Shown piece after piece: positions 13,806-26,782 of a stretch of 63,734 bases of DNA. The position numbers were made by a program, and so were the translations under genes. Positions within the stretch are counted from its first letter, which is position 1; each line of letters begins with the position of its first letter. Source of the stretch: Octopus bimaculoides (taxonomy: Eukaryota); the NCBI RefSeq assembly GCF_001194135.2, contig NC_068989.1:68895636-68959369 (forward strand). Direction: 5' to 3'. Under the pieces are notes generated by a model. The model had not been told where the DNA came from. It ran no database searches and worked only from the letters and a program-made list of their open reading frames with translations.

Positions 13806-15292
13806 CGCACAAATACACACCGCGCACACACACACAAGTATATACATATAACATACATACATATATGTACGCGTACTCGTTTAGCATTAATAACGCATAG
13901 CGCTGTTTCCGAAGTCATTGCCTCTTCGTGAATATTCCTTTTAAAATTAATTATCATAACATTAACGGTTAATTAGATCTTAAACCAATTATATCATTTT
14001 AATCAACATCTCATTCAATAACTGCAAAGATACAGTCAGTCTTTTTACGTGTAATGTGACATGACTGTGCGATGTTATTTAGCAAGTTTGCATCTTTGTG
14101 TACAAGTATTCTTTCCTACTCTAGGCACTAAGCCCGAAATCTTGTGGGGGGGAGGGGNNNNNNNNNNCTTATCGACCCCGAAAGGATGAAAGGCAGAGTC
14201 GACTTCGGCGGAATTTGAACTCAGAACTCCAGTTTATTTAGTTCTGTATCATTAAGAGTTAATCGAAGTGTGTATGTACGTATACATACATACATACATA
14301 CATACATACCTTCTAACACACATTCGTGTATGCATGTACTTGTGTGTATAAATTTGACAAGTTAGAAAAGTATCCACTAACTTTAGTCTTTAGGGTACTC
14401 CATGCAAGCAACTATTTAATGAGAATAAATAACGAGTCATAGGGGAAATAGTCTGGAATCTTATCCAACGAGGGTGCTATGTCCTAACTGAAAAGACATT
14501 ATTCATTTGAGAGAACGCTGATAATTCAAGTTAAACTTCACATGTTTCAGTACAATTACAAAAGATGGCGGGCGTAAAGAATGTGGACTGCACCCGCTTC
14601 CGTTTTTTTTTTTGGGGGGGGGGGTTACAGAATCCCCCATTTTCGAGTACGGAGATTCTGATTCTGCAAAAAAACAACAAAAAAAAGCGACATTTTAAAA
14701 TGCCAAATTCTTCAATTTTCACTCTTTCAGAAATTTTTTTCCGAAATACGTAGAAAAATTCGGAGATTATCTCCGTATTTTTTGAAGAATCAGAATCTCA
14801 GNNNNNNNNNNNNNNNNNNNNNNNNNNNNNNNNNNNNNNNNNNNNNNNNNNNNNNNNNNNNNNNNNNNNNNNNNNNNNNNNNNNNNNNNNNNNNNNNNNN
14901 NNNNNNNNNNNNNNNNNNNNNNNNNNNNNNNNNNNNNNNNNNNNNNNNNNNNNNNNNNNNNNNNNNNNNNNNNNNNNNNNNNNNNNNNNNNNNNNNNNNN
15001 NNNNNNNNNNNNNNNNNNNNNNNNNNNNNNNNNNNNNNNNNNNNNNNNNNNNNNNNNNNNNNNNNNNNNNNNNNNNNNNNNNNNNNNNNNNNNNNNNNNN
15101 NNNNNNNNNNNNNNNNNNNNNNNNNNNNNNNNNNNNNNNNNNNNNNNNNNNNNNNNNNNNNNNNNNNNNNNNNNNNNNNNNNNNNNNNNNNNNNNNCGAG
15201 AACGTAATGCACGAGCCATGGTTGATCATCAGGCGGATCGCACTACTAAAAAAAATAAATTCAAAATAAATTTTCGTTGGCGTGCCATTCAG

Positions 15293-15647
15293 AAAGTCCC
15301 GCGGGCAGCAGTTTGCCCATGTCTGTTTTAATATATCGTGGTTGTTTCGTATAAAAGTGTATAAGGGAGAAGGCCAGTGAGTAATTTTATTTCCCTATCA
15401 ACAGAACAATTAGATGGATGCTTAGGAATATAGATTTTAATATAATTCTTTCTTTCATAACAGAGAGAAACTCTGTAATGAAATGGTGCCGTGCCTGAAA
15501 TTAAATCCAGATCGTTTACACAGCAGTCGTGCATCCTGTGAACTGACAGCCACAAGAGATTATCCCATTAGAGTGAGAAGCCACTCATTGGAATCAAATG
15601 ATAGCTTCAATCGCTTTCGCGGTGAATCTGACAACAAAAATAACTGA
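15293..15647 (+). CDS. Candidate exon pair 15293-15376 and 15464-15572 (or to a stop at 15647) across an 87-bp intron
   Basis: Donor CCA|GTGAGT, acceptor TTCTTTCATAACAG, phases match. Peptide KSRGQQFAHVCFNISWLFRIKVYKGEGQEKLCNEMVPCLKLNPDRLHSSRASCELTATRDYPIR. A second donor AGA|GTGAGA lies at 15573. No homolog recognised. Confidence 0.3.
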
Positions 15648-16169
15648 ACATTACTTGAAACCGACAGACTTAAAATGTTTAATGTATTGCTGGCTTTCGA
15701 TTTTCGATATGTGTGTAAAAGAGAGGGAATGAGAAAGAAAGAGAAAGAGAGAAGAGTGAGATGAAAGAGAGAGAGAGAGGAAAAGAGAAAATAAATGTTG
15801 GGTGCGTATGAGTGCATGCGCATGCGTATTTGTATATATAAGTGTTGTGACGATAACTTCTTCTAGGCTTCTTCTATGTTGCAAATTAATCGTGTGTAAC
15901 CAGGCGTGTTAATATGTATTTGCCAGTGGTGTCTTCAGGAATACCAGTGTTTTAGTGTATGTCCATTTATAGAAATGCTTTGTGATCATGTGTCATTGCA
16001 CATCTTTCAGCAGTGTCTCACTTATTTCAGAGGATTGTTAAACACGGATGTATGTATGTATGTATGTATGTATGTATGTATGTATGTATGTATACGTATG
16101 TATGTATGTATGTATGTATGTATGTATGCGTGGTTGTGTATTCTGTTTATTCTTTTCCTTGTTTCAGTC

Positions 16170-16361
16170 AGTTGACTGTGGCCATGCTAGAGCACCGCCT
16201 TTAGTCGAACAAATCGACCCCAGGACTTATTCTTTGTAAGCCTACTGCTTATTCTCTCGGTCTCTTATGCTGAACCGCTAAGTTTCGGGGACGTAAACAC
16301 ACCAACATCGGTCGTCAAGCGATGGCGAAGGGACAAACACACACATACACACACACACAAA

Positions 16362-16402
<41 letters not shown>

Positions 16403-16560
16403 GACAGGCCTCTTTCAGTTTCCGTCTTCCAAATCCACTCTGAAGGTTTTGGTCGACCCGAGGCTCTAGTAGAAGATATTTGTCCAAGGTGCCATGCAGT
16501 GAGACTGAACCCGAAACCATGTGAGGTAGATTCTTTCCATTATAACAGTGGTAGACCACC
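16170..16560 (-). mobile_element. Composite tRNA-derived SINE with internal (TA)n/(TG)n
   Basis: Head 16404-16560 (reverse complement of GCACCTTGGACAAAT..GGAAACTGAAAGAG), microsatellite, then tail 16170-16330 (GTTTACGTCCCCG..GTCGATTTGTTCGACTAAAGGCGGTGCTCTAGCATGGCC). Confidence 0.8.
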
Positions 16561-17006
16561 ACGGTAGATATGCGGTGAACTCAAGCACGGAATTAACTAA
16601 CCTAACAGCAGTTCTTTTTGATGTATGTTTGCATGTATGTATGTATGTCGGCGGAAGTGTTAACGTGAGCAGACATCAGTTGGCAGCGTACAGTAAGTTT
16701 CAACTTTCGCCTGTTACCTATGATTCAAACTATGCAGATCTGCAATTGGACTGAATGTTCATCCAAGAGGTCACGGACGGGAAGTCAGAAATGCTATTGA
16801 CAGCGACGAAGCACAAATAGACGGCAATCATCTGTGAAGATGGAGCAATCACCAAGTATTTAAGCATGAATTTACGCATGAATGGGTATATCCACGTATG
16901 TATGTATGATGACATCTACATTTGTATGTATGTAAGAATGTATATATGCATGTGTATGAATGCATGTATGTTTGTATAAATGTATAACAATCTGTCTGTC
17001 AGTCTG

Positions 17007-17038
<32 letters not shown>

Positions 17039-17369
17039 GTAAATAGGTCCTCTGTCTCTTTCCGCGATTCTGATGCCAATTGTTCGATCAACTGGAACTA
17101 CCGTAATGACGTGTAAATACGCATGGATCCTTAGTGTAAAAACCCTCAACTAGAATCAACTCGGCTAAATGTGTGAAAATTCTGAACCTCTGAAATACAT
17201 GGACAGGCAACAGATGGGCTTCCATATAGTTATTATGTACCCAATTTTGCCTACGGGACTTAGGTCGACCGGAAGTTACGGTAGAATACATTAGCTCAAC
17301 ATGTTATAAAATGGGACCAATCCTGGGACTTAATGATTTCTAAGCGAACTTTGCAACCGCTCGGCAATT

Positions 17370-17605
17370 TCTACATCCATATGTCTGTATGTCTGTATGT
17401 CTGTCTGCTTGTCTGTCTGTCTGTCTGTATGTCTGTCTGTCTGTATGTATGTCTGTCTGTATGTATGTATGGATGGATGGATGGAATTATATGTGTGTAT
17501 GTGTATGTATGCATGTATGTATGTATGTATGTGTGTATGTATGTATGTATGTATGTATGTATGTATCTATCTATCTATCTATCATTCTATCTCTCTCTCT
17601 CCCCC

Positions 17606-17683
<78 letters not shown>

Positions 17684-17740
17684 TATATCCTCTATATGTA
17701 CAAACATACACACACGTACATACATACATACATACATACA

Positions 17741-17772
<32 letters not shown>

Positions 17773-17780
17773 AATATATG
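17370..17780. repeat. Compound microsatellite (TGTC/ATGT/TCTA/CT/TA/ACAT)
   Basis: Read directly from the sequence. Confidence 0.95.
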
Positions 17781-18040
17781 CAAGCACATGCATATATAAG
17801 CACAAACGCTCTCATACATACCAATAGATATATAAATGATTTTTACAACTACAAAATATGTGTACGTATATCTGAATTCATGTATATTTCGCTGAATTAT
17901 TATATGTATGCCCCACTAAATAACATTCACTCTTCAAAAAAATATCAGTGTGACTTTAAGTGTTCTCGACAAAACAACGGCGTCAAATGGCTGGATGATC
18001 TGACGTGAGCAGTATGGAATGAGAACGAGAGAGAGAGAGG

Positions 18041-18127
<87 letters not shown>

Positions 18128-18895
18128 GAAGTTGGAGAAAGAAAGGAGTGTAAGCCAATAAAAACAAGTAGAGATTGCGACGCAGTTTTATTTCCTGGTT
18201 GAAGTAATTTCAAGGTGATAGATTTTTAAATAAATGATAGATTTTAAAGTAAAAACAGGTACATTACGCCAACTTATTCTCTTTCTCTCTCTATGTACTT
18301 TAGTAAGACATCAGCCCAGATGATATTTAGATGTATGACAGGTTGGGAAATCTAGGTACAATAAGGATATTTTATAGGCGACAAATTACCCGAGCCGTTA
18401 GAATCCAGAGCAAATTGCCTTGCATTTTTTTCCCTTTTCTAAGCGGCAAATTATGAGCCGTTAGAGTCTAGAGCAAATCGTCTCGCAGTATATTTTCATG
18501 CAGCATGTTATTATTTCAAGCCCACCGAGATCATCTTTGTTATTATTCTTTTGAGATTGATCAGATAAATTACCAGTCCCTGTCAGCGCCGACGAGATGC
18601 TGCGCTCTGTTTGCTACGGCTCTTTGTGCTATGCATGAGTTCAAATCCCGCAGAGGTCAACTTTATCATACATTCGTTTGGAGGTTAGTAAATAAAGTAT
18701 CGCTCAAGGATAAAAGATTGGCGAAATTCTTTGAGCGTCGGACGGGAGACCTTGTGATGTTCATTTTGGTTTTTGCGTTCTTAGTTCTTAGGTGAGACTT
18801 AATCCATCAGCAGCTTTCAAGACCACCATCTAGTCCCCGTGTACACTGTAGCAAGCATACAAAGCATAAAAGCAGAATCTTTCTGTTCCTTACAG

Positions 18896-18929
18896 ACCAA
18901 TATAAACCCGTGGCTTTATTTCTAAATCA
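18896..18929 (+). CDS. Candidate small exon (DQYKPVALFLN), phase 1 to 2
   Basis: Acceptor TCTTTCTGTTCCTTACAG, donor TCA|GTAGGT. Only one frame is open. Confidence 0.3.
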
Positions 18930-19378
18930 GTAGGTGGAAGCGGCAACATCGTTATTGTCTGATTTAAATGACTAGTAAAGCACAATTGTTAAATCACTTC
19001 TCTTGAACACACGTAGTAGTATACTCTGTCGTTTTCAAAATACTTATTCATCTATTGAAATTGAACACTTTGAATTCATAAATCAAAGATAAACTTGCTC
19101 AACGTGCAAATATCCACTACTTCATTTTACTTTCATCCACGATTTCCTTTTTTCTTTCTTATTTTACTCTTTCCTTTCTCCAGTCATTTGTCTCTCTGTT
19201 TCACTCCTTCCTCTCTCGTTCGGGGGCGGGGGTCTTCATTCAAGTACCACAACTGTGCCTTTCATCCTCCCTATCCTTTCTGGAGCTGCTTCTCTTTCTT
19301 CTGTCTCCCTTCTGCCTTCCATTACACTCTAGCGAAACAGAAGTTTATTATATAGTCGCTATAGGGAGAGAAAGGGGA

Positions 19379-19458
<80 letters not shown>

Positions 19459-20130
19459 AGTGGAATCCTAGGAAAATAACGATGCTGCACTTTGCATCGA
19501 TAAAAAGTAATACCAATTATTTTAAACAGCGGAATAAATTTTGTGTCAATTTTGTTATCCTTCAGAACAAGTTAGCTTTTCCTCTCTTCGACGAAGGGAT
19601 CGGCTTGAAACGTTAAAACTCCTCTTTTACCTCGCAGCATAAATCTTAAAATCTATTTCACCGTTTGTATTACACACAGACGCACACATACATCATGTGT
19701 GTACATATATCTTAAGTATGTATACACACACACACACACACACACACATATGTTTATATATGTATATGATATGTATATATGTATATATATATTATAGAGA
19801 GCTAGTGGGGAGGAAAGGAAGAGCTTCTCTTGAACTTAAAATACAGATTATTGCCGTAACTAAGTTAAAGTCATGATCTATACGAAGGGGGAAAAATTGT
19901 CATAAAAAAAAAGAAAGGAAAAAGAAAGGAATAACAAGAATGAAAAAAAAGAAGAAAACACTCTTATGTTTGATTCTGCTGCAGTTTATAATTTGATTTG
20001 GGAATTGTGTTTAGAATGAATATACATGTCTAGAATTTTAGGTTCGGCATATATAAGATATTGGAGTTCTAAATATATTTTTGTTTGGCTTATGATCATA
20101 ATAATAATAATAATAATAATAATAATAGTG

Positions 20131-20206
<76 letters not shown>

Positions 20207-20704
20207 TAATAATAATAATAACAAAAACTGAAACAGGAATATAGAGACTTTCTTGGCAGCCACCAAATGGTTTTGGCATAATTTCATGTCATGGTTGCTA
20301 GTTCTTGTCACCCAAGAGATAGCACTTGTTGTCTATGAAATCAGTCGTTCAAAGATGACTAGTAGAAGATTCCAAATCTACAGAGATTTGTCAACTAACT
20401 TCACAATATTGCTCAAAACAAACTAAATCGAACTTGCCTTTCGTTCGTCAATTCGCAAAACGCCATTCCCAGTTTGTATCCTTCCCTTCTCAATCAGACA
20501 GCCGAAACAAACACCGCGAGGCCATCTACTTCGAAGACTTAACTTTTCCTCCAATTCCCAGACATCTTTCTTGGTCTTTAAACGCGATGTAACAACATGG
20601 ACTCTGGTCTCCATGGCTGACCAGAACATTTCCTTCTTTATTTATCCTTTTTTTTTTCTTTTTCTGTGAATGGTTTCCATGCTCCATTTCGATTTCCACC
20701 ACTG

Positions 20705-20735
<31 letters not shown>

Positions 20736-20880
20736 TGTATTGTCCTGGATATGCCATTAAACTGCATCCGGTAGTGGGACGCTGGTTGAAAAGTGTGGAA
20801 CCACCTCTTAGCCACTATTATTCCCAAATTTACTCCGACCTTAAGTAATAGCACCCTCTCAGGATCTCATATTATTATTA

Positions 20881-20961
<81 letters not shown>

Positions 20962-20962
<1 letters not shown>

Positions 20963-21280
20963 GTCAGAATCGTTAGCACGCCGGGCAAGATGTTTATCTG
21001 CATTTCGTCCGTCTTTATGCACTGAGTTCAAATTCCGCCGAGATCGACTTTGCCTGTCATTCTCAAGGCGGTAAGCTGGCAGAATCGTTAACACGCTGAA
21101 CGAAATGCTTAGCGGTATTTCGCCCGTCGTTACGTTCTGAGTTCATATTCCACCGAGGTTGATTTTGCCTTTTTTCCTTTCGGGCTCGATAAATTAAGTA
21201 CCAGTCAAGTACTGGGATCGATGTGATCAATCGTCCCCCTCCCCACAAAAATCCAAACCTTGTGTCTATAGTAGAAAGGA
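20962..21280 (+). mobile_element. Two tandem copies of the most abundant tRNA-derived SINE (core GTCGACTTTGCCTTTCATCC)
   Basis: GCAGAATCGTTAGCACGCCGGG..TGAGTTCAAATTCCGCCGAG occurs twice, and the second copy has the full tail. Confidence 0.8.
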
Positions 21281-21345
21281 TTATTATTGTTACTATCATC
21301 ATCATCATCATCATCATCATCATTATTATTATCATTATCATTATT

Positions 21346-21867
21346 GAGTGAGAGACCAGAGCATGCCATCAAAGTGACACTGGGTTAAAATATACGAAGC
21401 CCAGTATACCCATCATACCTACCCGTCTGATAGGGGTACCAGGCACATGCATCACAACCATATGTGCGCGACATAGTGATTTCATATCAAGATAAACAGC
21501 GCATGACCTTGCAGGTGGAGGCCCAGTTAGAATTTTCTTCGGGTCGAGTAGCCTATCCCGCTCAAAAGGTTCCTGAATAAGAGTTGTTTAAAGATGTTGA
21601 ACAAAACACCTATGTTTTCAGAGGTGAATTATCCAAACCCCAAAGAATTCTTCTCTATACATGGCTATGATCCACCCTACTACTTCTGCTCGTGATCAGG
21701 GATGCACATATCGTCAGCCAGTAAGGGACATGTTCAACTGTTTTAGATCAAACAACTGACAAGCAAATCCGTGGTATTGGAACAAGACAAAACAATGTAC
21801 AGGATAATACTTCCAATCAGTTAAGATCAGAACCCATGAGAATCACTGTCTGGTACTGCATCAGGGC

Positions 21868-21870
<3 letters not shown>
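21346..21870 (-). mobile_element. ~525-bp non-coding repeat inserted in an (AAT)n tract, probably a 5'-truncated LINE 3' end
   Basis: Complex sequence bounded on both sides by ATT/ATC trinucleotide runs. The minus strand ends ..CTCTCACTC-AATAAT. The R4/Dong-like assignment is inferred from that clade's known TAA-repeat targeting. Confidence 0.5.
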
Positions 21871-21940
<70 letters not shown>

Positions 21941-22288
21941 TATTCTAAGCTTTGATGTGATACAATTGTTAAATTAATGTGACAACGTTAAACAGGTTGG
22001 GTTTTTACTTGGAAATAAAGATGAATAAGAACAAGCCAATTGCTTTCACACTATGTCTGAAAAGGAATGATAATAAAGAAAAACTAAATTCAGTAGATGT
22101 AAAAATGCTTCTGAACATTTCTGGAGAAAAGAAAGGAAATAACACTGATTTATTTGTTCGTATAAAACGGACCTGACGACAGCTTTTAGATAAAAAGAAA
22201 ACAAAACTAGGATTATAACATATATAAATACAATAGGAGAATGAATTCCTTGAAGGCAAGTAAGGACAAGTTGACCCATTTCTACTCG

Positions 22289-22335
<47 letters not shown>

Positions 22336-23059
22336 ATCTTTTAGTCATTGAAACAATTCTCATGTTTACCAAGACTAAATCAATAGTTTAAGGATGTCGA
22401 AATACAAAACCGGGGACATTGTGAATTTATCAAAAAAAAGAAAAGAAAAAGAAAAAAAGGAAATGCTCTACTATTCAAATTATTATTTTATTATCATATA
22501 AAATAGACCAAAAATTTCCTCTTCATTTATGTCGCTAATTCCCTAGAGATTATGTATGAACGTCACCACACCTCATTTCCTTTCCTTTTANNNNNNNNNN
22601 NNNNNNNNNNNNNNNNNNNNNNNNNNNNNNNNNNNNNNNNNNNNNNNNNNNNNNNNNNNNNNNNNNNNNNNNNNNNNNNNNNNNNNNNNNNNNNNNNNNN
22701 NNNNNNNNNNNNNNNNNNNNNNNNNNNNNNNNNNNNNNNNNNNNNNNNNNNNNNNNNNNNNNNNNNNNNNNNNNNNNNNNNNNNNNNNNNNNNNNNNNNN
22801 NNNNNNNNNNNNNNNNNNNNNNNNNNNNNNNNNNNNNNNNNNNNNNNNNNNNNNNNNNNNNNNNNNNNNNNNNNNNNNNNNNNNNNNNNNNNNNNNNNNN
22901 NNNNNNNNNNNNNNNNNNNNNNNNNNNNNNNNNNNNNNNNNNCGTTTGTTATTTCTTAGTGAACAGCCAATGAAGCGACAGAATGAGAAGCATCAAGAAA
23001 GAAATATAAAAAAAAGATGGTTGCTCGATATTTAAAATACAACAACAACAACGATAATG

Positions 23060-23131
<72 letters not shown>

Positions 23132-24055
23132 TGAATGCTGTAACCTAAACTTATCAAAGGAGGAAATGATTGGATGAAATGAAGGAGCAAACCAACCGAC
23201 TTCTTTTTATTCAAATAAAACAATAATCTTACGCCATAAACTACTGCAGAGAAGATATTTGCAATTTAAAAAAATCTTTTACGTGCGTGCATATGTATTT
23301 GTGTGTGTATGAACGTGTATGTGTATGGACGTGTATGTATGTATATGGACATGTGTGTGTGTGTGTTTTACGGATAAGGAGATTGAAAATAAAGTAGAAA
23401 ATAAATCATAAAGCTGAAAACGTGATAGTGTATTGTTTTATTAAATACACAGTGAGTTACTCCACCTCCCATACCAATTTGTAGGCGTTCGTTATGAAAT
23501 GCAAATTGATCGTGAAATCAAAAAAAATTAACATCGAAAATACTAGATGATGGACATTACACAGAATTCTTTTCTCTCACTCTGTCTCTCTCTCCCTCTA
23601 AAATGGAGGTGGGAAGTAGCTGAGGTTATAAAGAAAAAGGTTAAGGAAAATAAGACACTACAAGAATATTCTAATGCTGAAAAATCCATCAAGAAAATAG
23701 TGATTTTCTACATTGGCCCAAGGCCACATATTTTAAAGGAAAGGTGTATATGGATTGAATTAATCATGATGTATTATTGCAGATATAGCTGAATTCGACA
23801 AAATATAGGGAAGAGAAAATATATGTATATTGTGTGTAAAGGTGAATGGGCTTCTTTTTAAGAGAGGGACAATACTAATATTCATGTCTTTCAAATATCC
23901 TAAATGAAGTGAAAGGAAACGGTTTTGACTGGGGTTTGAAACCACAGCTCAGAACCATACCTTTGTTTTGCATCACTTTGCTGAATACTCTAAGACTATC
24001 TACTCTGAATTTACTCAGAGATTTACATCAGAAATACACACGTTATGTATGTATG

Positions 24056-24089
<34 letters not shown>

Positions 24090-24097
24090 TGTATGTC

Positions 24098-24205
24098 GTG
24101 GCACTCTGTCAATTACGACGACGTGGGTTCCAGTTGATCCGATCAACGGAACAGCCTGCTTGTGAAATTAACTTGCAAGTGGCTGAGCACTCCACAGACA
24201 CGTGT
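24098..24205 (-). mobile_element. 3' tail fragment of the OR-type SINE
   Basis: Reverse complement matches 11704-11810 (ACACGTGTCTGTGGAGTGCTCAGCCACTTGC..GATCAACTGGAACC). Confidence 0.85.
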
Positions 24206-24584
24206 CTGTGTGTCTTAGTGTTGGTATCCCCACACTATCGCCTGACAACCGCTGTTGGTTTGTTTACGTCCCCAAAACTTTGTGGCTCAGCAAAAGAACC
24301 TGACAGAATATTCACCAGCCTTTAAAAATATAAGTATTAGTTTTGATTTGCTCGACTAAACCTTTCAAGACAGTACCCCCAGCATGGCTGTTGTTCAGTG
24401 AATGAAACAAAAATAAAAAGTAAATACATATGTATGTATGTGTATGTGCGTGCGCGAGCGTATGTGTATGTATCAATTTGCAATTAAAAATTTTTCTTAA
24501 TAAGAAAAGTTTTCTTTTTTACGACGTTAGCGCAATAATTTTTAAAATCATGATGTCCAACCTGTAATAATCTGTGATAATCCT

Positions 24585-24780
24585 TTCTCTTATAGGTACA
24601 AGACCTGAAATTTTGGGGAAGGGGGCTAGTTGATTACATCGACCTCAGTGTTCAACTGGTCATTTTTTTATCGACCTCGAGGTGATGAAAGGCAAAGTCG
24701 ACTTCGGTGGAATTTGAACTCAGAAAGTAAAGACAGATGAAATGCCGCTAAGCATTTCGCCCGGCGTGCTAATGGTTCTG
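24585..24780 (-). mobile_element. Abundant tRNA-derived SINE copy
   Basis: GAAAGGCAAAGTCGAC..GAATTTGAACTCAGAA..CGCTAAGCATTTCGCCCGGCGTGCTAA. Confidence 0.8.
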
Positions 24781-25374
24781 TCTGTAATAATGGCATCTAA
24801 TAATTTACATATTCCTTTCGATTATTCGGAATACCCATTTTGTATATTTCTGGAAAACAATAGCGACAATTAGTTTTAAAACAGGTCTATCCCGTTAACA
24901 TTTTATTTTGTGCCAAACGTACAATTATTTGAGTATTAATGAAACGTGAAACTGTGTCGATCCGAACTCTAAATTAATTGCCTCACAATATTTAGTTTCC
25001 GCTTTTTCCCATTGGCTAAAATTCTCTGTTTATCTTCTTAGAAGTGTTATATTTCTCCTTTTTGTATAGTTTTAATCTAGATAGGTTATCAGGAGACAAA
25101 AATGACGTGATTTTTAGCATTAAAAAATATGTGTAATCAATGTTGTATTTAAAATATCTCGTCAGTTTTATTATCCACACCCATGATTCTCTTTTCCTCA
25201 TTCTTGATCTGGTGTTGATTAAAACAAACATATTGACAATAGTAGATTTAGTAAACGCATACACACACAAAACAAAGAAATTAATGAAAGTAATAAGTAA
25301 GATCAAGTGCCGCCTCCTCGCCAATAGTTTTACAATAGAATAGAATCTATTTCGTAATTTTCACTTATTTCAAG

Positions 25375-25403
25375 ATTAATAAAAGGAGAACAAGATCAAA
25401 CAG
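25375..25403 (+). CDS. Candidate 29-nt exon of the plus-strand micro-exon gene
   Basis: AATTTTCACTTATTTCAAG|ATTAAT..AAACAG|GTATGT. Two frames are open (LIKGEQDQT or INKRRTRSN). Confidence 0.5.
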
Positions 25404-25963
25404 GTATGTGCTGGATAAAACTGGTTGGTTTTTTAAAAGATTAATAACAATAGAAGTTTATTTCACTCTTGAAAGGTTTATTTCAATTTATTTAACTGCC
25501 ATCTGAGCGACTATCTAAAATAGTTATTTATATATTTATTACACAAAACACGAAATAAAACTGTCATCTCAAGAACTTAAAAACAGAAAGAGTAACAAAT
25601 GATGCTTGCTCTTTTTTTACAACTGATGCTGTCTTTGTTTCTCTTCGTGCCATCATAATTTTATGTGAAGCATTTTTTTAATGGTATTTGAAAGTGTTCT
25701 GGTACATTTGACTTTTCAAAAGCTGTAAAGGGTTAGGGATATGAGTTTGTCGTAATTGACTTGCCTACATTGAAAGCTTGTTACTCCATAATAAATTTTC
25801 TCAAATCTCATAAAGGGAAATCTCAAATGCATAAACAACCTGTGAGGTACATCAGTGCTAATGTTAAGGTGTATGAGGTTTGACATCTTAAACGTCTTCG
25901 CTATTAAAAGCTTTTCATTAATGAACCGAAAACTCAAAACAATCCATAGGGCCACATTTGTCC

Positions 25964-26016
<53 letters not shown>

Positions 26017-26034
26017 GCAATAATAACAATAATA

Positions 26035-26200
26035 ATACTTTCTAGTAAAGGCACAAGGCCTCAAATTTTGGGGAAAGGGACTAGTCGATTACATCGACCT
26101 CAATGTTCAACTGGTACTTAATTTATCGACCCTGAAAAGATGAAAGGTAAAGTCGACCTCGGCTGAATTTGAACATTGAATGTAAAGACGGATGAAATTC
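26035..26200 (-). mobile_element. Abundant tRNA-derived SINE copy (partial)
   Basis: GGCACAAGGCCT..GATTACATCGACC..GGTACTTAATTTATCGACCC..AAAGTCGACCTCGGC. Confidence 0.8.
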
Positions 26201-26532
26201 CACTAGACAGAAAAGATAAAGAAAGGAGAAAAGAGAGAGAGAGTGAGTGAAAAAGGAGAGAGAGAGAGTGAAAAAGGAGAGAGAGTGAGTGAAAAAGGAG
26301 AGAGAGTGAGTGAAAAAGGAGAGAGAGAGGGAGAGAAAGAGGAAAAGAAAAGTAATTACAGACTTCCATGAAGCCAGGTCACGGCGAAGGAAAATATTGA
26401 AAAAAAAACCCATCATTAATTGAAGCGAGTTCATAAATTATACGTGAAGTATGTGTAGTGCACTTTATAACTTATAAAATTTTCCGCCTAACAACTGTAC
26501 GGTGGTGTAGTGTAGGGTGTGCGAGTTGTGAG

Positions 26533-26782
26533 GGCTGCACAGAGTGACCACTTTTATATACGTGTGTTTTCTGTAGTCAAGTTTAAGAAAGGCGGGAAGC
26601 CATTTATGGCTACTGCACAGGGCTGCCATCTTATATGTATGTGTTTGCTCTAAGATACGTTTAATGAAGGAGGACGGTCAATATAGCTACTGCACAGGGT
26701 GGTCACTTTATATACATATATTTGTTGTAGTCAAGGCTGTGTTATGTTTAAGGGAGGGTGGCCAATATGGCTACTGGGCAAG
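26533..26782. repeat. Degenerate ~80-bp tandem repeat, about 3.2 units
   Basis: Units start with G(CTA)CTGCACAG(G/A)G at about 26533, 26609, 26686 and 26770. Confidence 0.75.

Noticed and set aside
26533-26782. CRISPR-like repeat-spacer appearance
   Set aside because: Eukaryotic context, homologous spacers, degenerate repeats and no cas genes.
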